The position numbers and the translations under genes were made by a program. A stretch of 64,000 bases of DNA from an uncultured Planctomycetales bacterium (GTDB lineage: Bacteria > Planctomycetota > UBA1135): positions 1,363-65,362 of the forward strand of contig CAYFGE010000015.1 in assembly GCA_964342475.1 (NCBI GenBank). The letters run 5' to 3'. Shown here one piece after another: positions 27,362 through 35,290 of this stretch (positions are counted from its first letter, which is position 1; each line of letters starts with the position of its first letter). Below the pieces are notes generated by a model. The model did not search any database. It was not told the origin of the DNA and saw nothing but the letters and a program-made list of their open reading frames with translations.

Positions 27362-28480
27362 TCACCAGCGGACGACGGCGGCGCCCCAGGTCAGGCCGGC
27401 GCCGAAGGCGGTCAGCAGCACCAGGTCGCCCGGCTTCAGGCTGCCGTCGTTCACGCACTCCTCGAGGGCGAGGGGGATCGAGGCGGAGACCGTGTTGCCG
27501 ACCTCCGAGATGTTCATGTGGATGCGGTCCTCGACCCCGAGGTGCCGCGCCACCGCGTCGAGGATGCGCGCGTTGGCCTGGTGGGGGACGACCAGCGCGA
27601 TGTCCTCCGGCGCGACCCCGAGCTCCTGGAGCAGGGCCTCGCACTCGGCGCTCATCTCGTTGACCGCCAGCTTGAACACCTCGCGCCCCTGCATCTGGAC
27701 GTAGTGCAGGCCGGCGTCGACGGTGTCGTGGGTGGCGGGCAGGTGGCCGCCGCCGGCGGGCACCTGGATCAGGCCGGCGCCCGCGCCGTCCGCGCCGAGC
27801 GTGCAGCCGAGCAGGCCGGCACCGTTCTCGGCGCGGCCGAAGACCACGGCGGCGGCGCCGTCGCCGAAGATGGCGCAGGTGTGCGGGTCGACCGGGTCGA
27901 TGATGCGCGACATCTGCTCGACCGCCACCAGCAGCACCGGGCCCATGGTCGGGTCGGTCCGCATCAGCGAGTCGGCGATCTTCCAGGCGTAGAGGAAGCC
28001 GCTGCAGGCGGCGTTCAGGTCGACGGCGGGCACGCGCGGCGCGCCGATCTCGGCCTGGATCCAGCAGGCGGTGGCCGGCACCGGGGTGTCCGGCGTGATC
28101 GTCGTGCACAGCACGAAGCCGAGGTCCTCGGGCTTCACGCCGGCCTGGTCGAGCGCCTTCTTGGCCGCCTCGGCGCCCAGCAGGCTGGGGCGCATGCCGT
28201 CGGTGGCGCGGCGCCGCTCGCGGATGCCGGTGCGCTGCACGATCCAGTCCTCGGTGAGCCCGGTGCGGGCGGCCACCTCGGCGTTGGTCACCACGTGGTC
28301 GGGCAGGGCCCGGGCGATGCCGAGCACCTTGGTGCCGGTTCGGCGGTCGCGGGCCTGGGCGGTGCTGCTGGAGGGCAGCGGCTGGCCCCCCGCGTCCCGC
28401 AGGCGGGTCGCGGTGTGGACGCCGGGGTTGCGGCCCTCGGACGGGGATTCGGGGGTGTGATCCGGCATGGCGGAAACCAC
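27362..28480 (-). CDS. FabH-like beta-ketoacyl-ACP synthase III, paralog 2, with ~45-aa N-terminal extension
   Basis: About 70% identical by eye to paralog 1. The triad is intact (LNAACSGFLY, VPHQANARI, VGNTVSASIPLAL). Confidence 0.8.
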   Translation of the reverse strand: MVSAMPDHTPESPSEGRNPGVHTATRLRDAGGQPLPSSSTAQARDRRTGTKVLGIARALPDHVVTNAEVAARTGLTEDWIVQRTGIRERRRATDGMRPSLLGAEAAKKALDQAGVKPEDLGFVLCTTITPDTPVPATACWIQAEIGAPRVPAVDLNAACSGFLYAWKIADSLMRTDPTMGPVLLVAVEQMSRIIDPVDPHTCAIFGDGAAAVVFGRAENGAGLLGCTLGADGAGAGLIQVPAGGGHLPATHDTVDAGLHYVQMQGREVFKLAVNEMSAECEALLQELGVAPEDIALVVPHQANARILDAVARHLGVEDRIHMNISEVGNTVSASIPLALEECVNDGSLKPGDLVLLTAFGAGLTWGAAVVRW

Positions 28481-28538
28481 ACTCTATCGGACGATCGGTC
28501 GGCCGGGCAGAGCCAATCCGGCCGGCCCGCCCCGCGGA

Positions 28539-30482
28539 CTAGAGCGCGAAGTTGTTCACCGCGGCGACGATCACGCCCATGATCGACTCCCCGGCGATGA
28601 TGCCGGAGGCGATCGGGACGGTGAACTCGTCGGCCTTCTCCTTCGAGGAGCGCTGCCAGGCCCAGGCGCCGAGGGCGCCGAGGAACATCGACAGCGGGTA
28701 GTTGAAGGGCAGGATGAAGCCCAGGCCGATGCCGGTGGCCGAGGGCAGCCACTTCTTGTGCTGCGGCAGGAGTTTTTCGGCCACCACCATCGCCGCGCCG
28801 GCGATCAGGCCCCACAGGATGCCCGCCCGCGCCATCGGGTGCAGGCTGTCCACCCCGTCGCGGAAGACCTCGGCCACCTTGAGCCAAGCCTGGGCCGCCG
28901 GGGCGGGGAAGGCCGCGTCGCCGCTCTCGCCGCCGGTCAGGGCGGTGGCGTCGGGCACCAGCAGGTAGAAGCCGATCACCGTGGCCACCGTGCCGGTGAA
29001 GATGCCGGCGAACTGGGCCAGGAACTGGCGGCGCGGGTTGGCGCCGAGCAGGTAGCCCGACTTCAGGTCGTTGAGCAGGTCGGCGCTGGCCGAGGCGGCG
29101 CCGGCGGTGATGCCGGCGGTCATCAGGTTGGCGGTCGCGTTCTGCGGGATCGCCACCCCGTAGGTCAGCTGCATGATCTTGCCCATCGCGCCGGTCGGGG
29201 TGATGTCCGACTCTCCGGTCGCGCGGCAGGCGACCAGCGCCAGCACGAAGGTCAGCAGCACGGCCACCGCTCCCCAGTGCGGCGGCACCTCGAAGAACCT
29301 CCAGGCGACGTAGACCACCGCCGCGCCGGCGGCTGCGGTGCCGAGGAAGAACCACGAGCTCGGCACCTCGACCGCGGCGGTGCGGTCGTCGCCGCCGCCC
29401 CCGCCGCCGAAGCCGGTGAAGGCCCGCGCGATCGTGCGCCACTGGAACAGGAAGCCGAGGATGCCGCTCGACACCATGATCGGCGCGCCGATCCACACCC
29501 CGATCTCCTTCCAGGCGCGCGCGCCGGAGGTGGCGGCGCCGGCGTCGAGGGCCTCCGGGGTCACCCAGTAGGCCAGCAGCAGGCCGGCGATCACCATCGA
29601 CACCGCCACGCGCAGGCCGACCAGCGCGCCGGCGGCGACCATGACCAGCGAGTGGTCCATCTTGATGGTCAGGTCGGAGGGCTTGAGGTGGGTGCTGACG
29701 CCGTCGACCTTCGCGGTCACGCCGGGAAGGAAGTCGAACAGCTTCGACTTGTCGGGCAGCAGGGCGCTGGCCTTGCCGGCGGCGTCCTGGAAGGCCTCGA
29801 GGGCGATGAGCAGCGGGGTGACCAGGCCGATCACCATCGAACCGAACAGCGCCTTGGCCTTGCGCATCGCGGCGCCGCCGTGGCTGTAGAGGCCCTGCAG
29901 CGTCACCGCGGCCGCCGTCCCCGAGGGGAACTTCAGCTTCTCCTGGTTGATCATGTTGCGCTTCATCGGGATGGCCAGCACCACCCCGAGCATCGCCAGG
30001 AAGAAGGTCCACACCGCGAGCACCGGCCAGCTCAGGTGGGTGCCGCCCGGGTTGTTCGCCGTCACCGTGAGCATGAGCAGCGCCGGGATGGCCGAGACCA
30101 TCGTGCCGCCGGTCGAGTAGCCCGCGGCCGAGGCGGTCGACTGCATGCAGTTGTTCTCGAGGATCGACATCGGCGTGCGCGCGATGCCGACCTTGAGGAA
30201 GCCGTTCCACACCGAGTAGCTCAGGATGCAGGCGGTGATCGCCACCCCGAGGTGCCAGCCGGTCTTCAGCCCGATGTAGAGGTTGGTGAAGGCCAGGAAG
30301 AAGCCCAGCACCGAGCCCATGAGCAGGGCGCGCCAGGTGAGCTGGGGGACGTCGTCGCCGCGGTACGCCTTCTCGTACCACTCCTCCTCGCTCATCTCGG
30401 CGACGGTCTCCGGGGAGATGTCGAGGGGGCGGCCGTGCTCGACCTCCTCGGGCGTCCGGGCAGCGCGTTGGATCAGGGCCAT
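28539..30482 (-). CDS. OPT family oligopeptide transporter (paralog 2)
   Basis: 647 aa. Motifs: EEEWYEKAYRGDDVPQLTWRALLMGSVLGFFLAFTNLYIGLKTGW and NCMQSTASAAGYSTGG. Closely related to paralog 1. Confidence 0.85.
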   Translation of the reverse strand: MALIQRAARTPEEVEHGRPLDISPETVAEMSEEEWYEKAYRGDDVPQLTWRALLMGSVLGFFLAFTNLYIGLKTGWHLGVAITACILSYSVWNGFLKVGIARTPMSILENNCMQSTASAAGYSTGGTMVSAIPALLMLTVTANNPGGTHLSWPVLAVWTFFLAMLGVVLAIPMKRNMINQEKLKFPSGTAAAVTLQGLYSHGGAAMRKAKALFGSMVIGLVTPLLIALEAFQDAAGKASALLPDKSKLFDFLPGVTAKVDGVSTHLKPSDLTIKMDHSLVMVAAGALVGLRVAVSMVIAGLLLAYWVTPEALDAGAATSGARAWKEIGVWIGAPIMVSSGILGFLFQWRTIARAFTGFGGGGGGDDRTAAVEVPSSWFFLGTAAAGAAVVYVAWRFFEVPPHWGAVAVLLTFVLALVACRATGESDITPTGAMGKIMQLTYGVAIPQNATANLMTAGITAGAASASADLLNDLKSGYLLGANPRRQFLAQFAGIFTGTVATVIGFYLLVPDATALTGGESGDAAFPAPAAQAWLKVAEVFRDGVDSLHPMARAGILWGLIAGAAMVVAEKLLPQHKKWLPSATGIGLGFILPFNYPLSMFLGALGAWAWQRSSKEKADEFTVPIASGIIAGESIMGVIVAAVNNFAL

Positions 30483-30513
30483 GCCCCGAAGATAGCGCAG
30501 CCCCCGCGCCGGA

Positions 30514-30933
30514 TCAGCGGGGGAGCAGCGGGACCAGCCGGCGCGGGACGGTGCTCGTGCCCGGCTCGAAGCCGGCCTCCGTCCAGCAGATCGACCAGCG
30601 GCTCTGGCGGGCGCGGTGGTCCTGGCGGTGGAGGACCAGGCGCCAGCCGCGCTCCCAGTCGCCGCTCCTCAGCGCGTCGGCGCGGAAGGCGGGCGGCACC
30701 TCCGCGGCCAGGCCGAGGGCGTCGAGGCTGGAGGCGTAGCGCCCGTGCTCGGCGTGGTGCTGGGACTGCGCGTCCTGCAGCTCGGCGCAGAAGGCGAAGG
30801 CGTCACGGTTGAGGCTCCGCTCGAAGGCCTGCTGGAGGCCCGGCACCGCCGCGAGCACGACGCTGAGGATCAGGGCGGCCAGGATGGCGACGCTGACCAC
30901 CGGGTGGTCGAGGTGTCGGGAGGGATTCTTCAT
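30514..30933 (-). CDS. small pilin-like membrane-anchored protein lacking a prepilin cleavage motif
   Basis: ATG 30931-30933 with GGAG about 11 nt upstream; 139 aa. The N-terminal helix HPVVSVAILAALILSVVLAAVPGL aligns with the type IV pilin helix FTLIELMIVVAIIGILAAIAIPNF, but Gly(-1)/Phe1/Glu5 are replaced by Asp/His/Ser. A pilin-like stretch LQDAQSQHHAEHGRYASSLDALGL follows. Confidence 0.5.
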   Translation of the reverse strand: MKNPSRHLDHPVVSVAILAALILSVVLAAVPGLQQAFERSLNRDAFAFCAELQDAQSQHHAEHGRYASSLDALGLAAEVPPAFRADALRSGDWERGWRLVLHRQDHRARQSRWSICWTEAGFEPGTSTVPRRLVPLLPR

Positions 30934-31034
30934 CGGGAGTATCTCCGTCCCTCCATCGGCCGCTCCCCCGGGAAGGCTTGAGGCCGCCCCTCCCGGCGGG
31001 GGAGGGGCGGCCTCGTGTGGTCCGCGGGCGCAGC

Positions 31035-32987
31035 TCAGCCGCCGAGCACGAAGACCTCGACGATCTGCATCGAGATCGCGGTCAGCGCGCCGCCGGCGAT
31101 GACCCCGGCGCAGATGGCCTCCTGGTTCTTCACCGTGGTGCCGTCGGACGGGTTGGCCCAGCCCTTCCGGGCCTTGGCGACCAGGGCGAAGATGAAGGCG
31201 CCGAGCGCCATGGTCAGGCAGGTGTTGAAGGAGATCACGAAGGCCAGGCCCATGCCGACCGCCGAGATCGGGAAGCGGCCCCGGGTGGTCAGCTTGAAGA
31301 CCTCCATCACGATGCCCGCGATGGCGCCGTAGAGGGCCGCCCAGCGCGCCGACTCCGGCAGGTGGGACAGGCCGCCGGTCAGCGCCTCGGCCACGGCCTT
31401 CCAGATCGCGGCAGCCGGCATCGGGTAGTCCGCGCCGGGCGAGATGTTGGCCAGGTCGCCGCGCATGAACACGAAGTAGAACACCGGCACCGAGGCCAGC
31501 GCGCCGGCGCAGATGCCGAGCACGTGGCCGATGGCCTGCACCCGCGGCTTGGCGCCGAGCATGTAGCCCGGCTTGATGTCCATCAGCAGGTTGGAGGCGT
31601 GGCCGGCCACCTCGCCGGTGATGCCCGCGGTCATCAGGTTGGTCTTGATGTTGCCCGGCGCCAGCACGCTGTAGGTCAGCTGGGTGAGCTTGCCGAGCGC
31701 GCCGGTCGGCGTGATCGCGGTCAGGCCGGTCGAGTTGACCCCGATCAGGGTGAACACGAAGACCAGCGGGATGGCGATGATGCCGAGCCAGTAGCTGACG
31801 TCGAAGTAGGCGTGCGCCATGAGCACGACCACCAGGCCGACCAGCGGGATGCCGGTGACGAACACGCGCATCGGCAGCTCGATGTGGGCGACGCAGTCGG
31901 CCTCGGCGCTCTCGGCCTTCTTGCCGAACATGCCCGAGAAGCTCTTGAGCAGCATCTTCGGCTTGCTGAAGAAGCTGAACAGCGAGGCGGTGGTCATCAT
32001 CGCCACGCCGCACCACAGCGCCCACTGGGTGATCTGCGCGAAGCCGAAGACCGGCTCGCCCCAGGTGTTGAGCGCCACGACGCCGTCCGTCATGCGCGGC
32101 TGGATGTCGCCGGCGCCGATCATCCACGGCGCGAGCCAGAAGTAGTTGATCACCGCGCCGAGCAGCAGCGAGAAGGCGGTGCGCACCCCCATCAGGCCGC
32201 CGGCGGCCATCAGCGGGAACTCGGTGTCGACGCGGATCGACAGCTCCTGCAGGGTGACGCCGTTCAGCTTCGGCCCGCTCACCCCGCCGCCCTCGGCGGC
32301 GCGGTAGAGCCAGGTGTCGAGGTAGTGGGGGAAGTGCCACGCCGAGCCCAGCGCCTTCATCACGGCGCTGTTCTTCATCACCTCGATCAGCGCGGCGCCG
32401 ACGCCGAACACGGCGAGCAGCTTGGCCTGGAACATGCCCTCCTTGCCCTCGCCGTGGTGCAGCGTGTCGAGCACCACGCCCGCGGCGCGGCCCTCGGGGA
32501 AGGGCATCTGCTCGACGTTGATGAAGCGGCGCTTGAGCGGGAAGGCGAACAGCACGCCGAGCACCGCCAGGCCCATCATCCAGGTCATCGCCTGCCACCA
32601 CGGCACCACCGTCCCGGTGACCAGCATGTAGGCGGTCAGGCTCGAGATCAGCGGCGCGGTCATGTAGCCGGCCGCGGTGGCGATCGACTGCGAGCAGTTG
32701 TTCTCGAGGATCGACAGCTCGCGGCCGGCGCCGACCGCGCGCAGCACGCGGAACACGGCGAAGGCCAGGATCACCGAGGTGATGCCGACGCCGAGCGTCC
32801 AGCCGGTCTGGGCGCCGATGTAGAGGTTGGTCAGCGACAGGACGCCGCCGAGGAGGAAGCCGGTCAGGCCGGAGCGGAGGGTCAGCTGCGGCAGGTCGCC
32901 GCGGTAGACGTTCTCCAGCCACCACCGGTCCTTCTGTTCGGGGGTCCAGTCGCGGACCTCCTCCGGGGAGAGCTGTCGGATCGCCAT
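31035..32987 (-). CDS. OPT family oligopeptide transporter (paralog 3, more divergent)
   Basis: 650 aa. Motifs: WWLENVYRGDLPQLTLRSGLTGFLLGGVLSLTNLYIGAQTGW and NCSQSIATAAGY. GGAG lies 7 nt upstream of the ATG. Confidence 0.85.
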   Translation of the reverse strand: MAIRQLSPEEVRDWTPEQKDRWWLENVYRGDLPQLTLRSGLTGFLLGGVLSLTNLYIGAQTGWTLGVGITSVILAFAVFRVLRAVGAGRELSILENNCSQSIATAAGYMTAPLISSLTAYMLVTGTVVPWWQAMTWMMGLAVLGVLFAFPLKRRFINVEQMPFPEGRAAGVVLDTLHHGEGKEGMFQAKLLAVFGVGAALIEVMKNSAVMKALGSAWHFPHYLDTWLYRAAEGGGVSGPKLNGVTLQELSIRVDTEFPLMAAGGLMGVRTAFSLLLGAVINYFWLAPWMIGAGDIQPRMTDGVVALNTWGEPVFGFAQITQWALWCGVAMMTTASLFSFFSKPKMLLKSFSGMFGKKAESAEADCVAHIELPMRVFVTGIPLVGLVVVLMAHAYFDVSYWLGIIAIPLVFVFTLIGVNSTGLTAITPTGALGKLTQLTYSVLAPGNIKTNLMTAGITGEVAGHASNLLMDIKPGYMLGAKPRVQAIGHVLGICAGALASVPVFYFVFMRGDLANISPGADYPMPAAAIWKAVAEALTGGLSHLPESARWAALYGAIAGIVMEVFKLTTRGRFPISAVGMGLAFVISFNTCLTMALGAFIFALVAKARKGWANPSDGTTVKNQEAICAGVIAGGALTAISMQIVEVFVLGG

Positions 32988-32996
32988 GGGAACTCC

Positions 32997-33012
32997 TGCG
33001 GCGCGCGCCGCA
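32997..33012 (-). promoter_or_regulatory. perfect 16-nt GC palindrome between CDGSH stop and OPT3 start (operator or small hairpin)
   Basis: TGCGGCGCGCGCCGCA is its own reverse complement. It lies 10 nt upstream of the OPT3 start codon. Confidence 0.3.
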
Positions 33013-33038
33013 ACGGGGGGAAGGGGGTCAGGAGCGGG

Positions 33039-33275
33039 TCAGCGGGCGTGGCTTCCGTCGCAGAACGCGCCGGCGGCGGACTTGCCGCAGGCGCACCAGG
33101 CGACGCGCTTCATCTCGTCAAGGTCGACGATCACCGGGCGGACGTCGGAGCCGCGGTGGCTGCCGTCGCAGTGGACGCCCTTGCCGCTCTTGCCGCAGGC
33201 GCACCAGGCGTAGCGGCCGGCTTCGCACTCCTCGATGACGGGTCCGTCGGGGCGGGGTCGTTGGGAATCGCTCAT
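33039..33275 (-). CDS. CDGSH iron-sulfur domain protein (two CDGSH motifs)
   Basis: 78 aa from ATG 33273-33275. It carries CACGKSGKGVHCDGSH and CACGKSAAGAFCDGSH. Confidence 0.85.
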   Translation of the reverse strand: MSDSQRPRPDGPVIEECEAGRYAWCACGKSGKGVHCDGSHRGSDVRPVIVDLDEMKRVAWCACGKSAAGAFCDGSHAR

Positions 33276-33314
33276 CGCGGGCCAGTCTAGCGGCGGTCGG
33301 GGTAGAATCACCGG

Positions 33315-34769
33315 ATGCGCAAGTGCACGACGAGCCTCGTCCTGGGCCTCCTGGCGGCCGCCTGCAGCTCCGACGAAGGCGGCCCGGGGGCCTCCGGCGC
33401 CGCCGCGCGGGCCGAGGGCCCGGTCCCGGTGATCCTGGTCAGCCTCGACACCTGCCGCAGCGACCGCCTGACCCCCTACGGCGGCCCGCAGCGCAACTCG
33501 CCGGCCCTCGACGCCCTGGCCCGCGAGTCGATGGTGTTCACCGACTGCCTGGCGCAGAGCAGCAACACCGGGCCCTCGCACCGCAGCCTGTTCACCGGCC
33601 AGTTCGTCCACCGGCACCACCACATGCCGGGCACCTACATGCGCTCGCCCTACAGCTGGGCCGGCGAGATGGCGGCGGCCGGCTACGAGACGGCGGCCTT
33701 CACCGGCGGCGGCTTCCTCGGCGAGGGCCTGGGCTTCGAGGACGGCTTCCAGACCTACGTCAGCAAGGACGAGAACCGCACCAAGGCCTACCGCCGCGGC
33801 TTCAAGACGATCCTGCCGCAGGCCGAGGCCTGGTACGACGGCCGCGCGGGGAGCGAGCAGCCCTTCTTCCTGTTCCTCCACACCTACGACATCCACTGCC
33901 CGTTCACGCCGGACGAGCCCTACGCCAGCGGCTTCCGCGGCGACTTCGACGACTCGGCCTTCGACCTGCGCGCGCTGTGCGGGCGCGCCGAGTACGACGA
34001 GTACATGGCCCGCGTCCGTGCGGGCGAGGTCGACTCCGACACGCACGTCGCCAACATGGACCACCTGCGGAACATGTACGACGGCGACATCCGCATGACC
34101 GACGACGAGTTCGGCCGCTTCCTCGAGAAGCTGCGCGCCGACGGCACGCTCGACCGCAGCCTGCTCATCGTCACCAGCGACCACGGCGAGAGCCTCGGCC
34201 GCCTGCGGCCCTACCTGGGGCACAACCACCTGTGGGAGGAGCAGCTGCAGGTGCCGCTGATCATCCGCTTCCCCGGCGGCGCGCACGGCGGCACGGTGAG
34301 CCGTGAGCCGGTGATGCTGGTCGACCTGCTGCCGACGGTGCTCGACTACCTCGGCCTCGACATCCCCGACGGCGTGCAGGGCGAGAGCCTGCTGCCGCTG
34401 GTCGAGGAGGGCGCCAGCTACGGCGGCGAGCGCCTGCGCATCGCGCAGTTCAACGACCGGCTCAGCTTCCGCTTCGACCAGCGCTGGAAGGTCCACGTCC
34501 GCGAGACCGAGAACAACACCGGCCAGATCAAGCTGTTCGACCTGCAGAACGACCCGGGCGAGCAGCGCAGCCTGTTCGAGTCGCAGGATCCGCAGGAGTT
34601 GCAACTGGCCCAGCAGATGGGGCAGGACCTGTCCCGCCGCTTCCAGGAGTGGCTGCGGCTCCACCGGGCGGACGACGCCCGCTTCGTCGGCCAGATCATC
34701 AAGGGCGAGCTGTCCGAGGACGTCCAGGCCGACCTCAGCGAGCTCGGCTACGTCGAGGACGACGAGTAG
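33315..34769 (+). CDS. sulfatase-like (alkaline phosphatase superfamily) lipoprotein with Thr in nucleophile position
   Basis: Lipobox LLAAACSS. The metal-site start is VILVSLDTCRSD. The nucleophile region is SSNTGPSHRSLFTG, and the distal site is VTSDHGESLG. Confidence 0.8.
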   Translation: MRKCTTSLVLGLLAAACSSDEGGPGASGAAARAEGPVPVILVSLDTCRSDRLTPYGGPQRNSPALDALARESMVFTDCLAQSSNTGPSHRSLFTGQFVHRHHHMPGTYMRSPYSWAGEMAAAGYETAAFTGGGFLGEGLGFEDGFQTYVSKDENRTKAYRRGFKTILPQAEAWYDGRAGSEQPFFLFLHTYDIHCPFTPDEPYASGFRGDFDDSAFDLRALCGRAEYDEYMARVRAGEVDSDTHVANMDHLRNMYDGDIRMTDDEFGRFLEKLRADGTLDRSLLIVTSDHGESLGRLRPYLGHNHLWEEQLQVPLIIRFPGGAHGGTVSREPVMLVDLLPTVLDYLGLDIPDGVQGESLLPLVEEGASYGGERLRIAQFNDRLSFRFDQRWKVHVRETENNTGQIKLFDLQNDPGEQRSLFESQDPQELQLAQQMGQDLSRRFQEWLRLHRADDARFVGQIIKGELSEDVQADLSELGYVEDDE

Positions 34770-34772
34770 CGG

Positions 34773-34804
34773 CGTTTCCAGGTCGGTTTACCGACACGGA
34801 AACG
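34773..34804 (+). terminator. hairpin directly after sulfatase-like gene stop
   Basis: The outer stem is CGTTTCC / GGAAACG and the inner stem is GTCGG-TTTA-CCGAC. It starts 4 nt after TAG 34767-34769, and a CTTTT stretch lies 12 nt downstream. Confidence 0.45.
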
Positions 34805-35166
34805 GGTCGATCTGCCTTTTCCCCGGCTTGTCCACAGCTGGGGTGGGCCGAACCGCTGCTCCAAGTCCTTGCTGAGGTGCGGGTTGTGGAATTGCCAGAG
34901 CGAATCCTCCGGTCTTCTCCACACGGGAGCAACAAGGCCCGAATCGTTGAGACGGGGTCGCCGGGAAAGAATGCGGCCGGCTGCGCTCCCCCCAAAAAAG
35001 TCGCACAGCCGTCCTACCGATGAGCAAGGAGGTCAGCGCCCCTCCCCGGGACGCTTCCCCGCATCCATCCCCTCGGTGAGGGACGGACGCTGCATGGGTT
35101 GTCCCGCTTCCATACGCGTCGAGCCTCCGCGGGTTTCCTGATTCCGACCGGATTCCCGGGGCCTCC

Positions 35167-35188
35167 GGAACTTTCGAGATTTTTCGTC
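35167..35188 (+). promoter_or_regulatory. candidate ECF-type promoter (GGAAC ... CGTC) upstream of sigma gene
   Basis: GGAACTTTCGAGATTTTTCGTC is the most AT-rich patch of the spacer, about 100 nt upstream of ATG 35291. The AAC-to-CGT spacing is only 13 nt, against the usual 16-17 nt. Confidence 0.2.
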
Positions 35189-35290
35189 CTCCCCGGGCCG
35201 GGCCGCCGGACCAGTCCCGCCCCCGCTCTTTCCCCCGCACCGGGCCCCCTCCGTTCCCCTGCCCGTCCGGCCGCCTGATCCGCCCCCCTC

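Noticed and set aside
35027-35033. Perfect Shine-Dalgarno AAGGAGG in the spacer, suggesting a hidden small gene
   Set aside because: No ATG, GTG or TTG lies within 5-12 nt downstream, and the following frames lack coding bias.
34869-35141. Small ORFs in the 521-bp spacer (34649-35023+, 34869-35141+, 34788-35240-, 34735-34995-) and known housekeeping ncRNAs
   Set aside because: The translations are Arg/Pro/Ser-rich, lack third-position G/C bias and have no Shine-Dalgarno in the right place. I also looked by eye on both strands for RNase P (GGAAAGUCCGGGC, ACAGAACCCGGCUUA), tmRNA ends, the SRP motif and tRNA T-loops (GGTTCGAATCC) and found none. A covariance-model scan is still needed.
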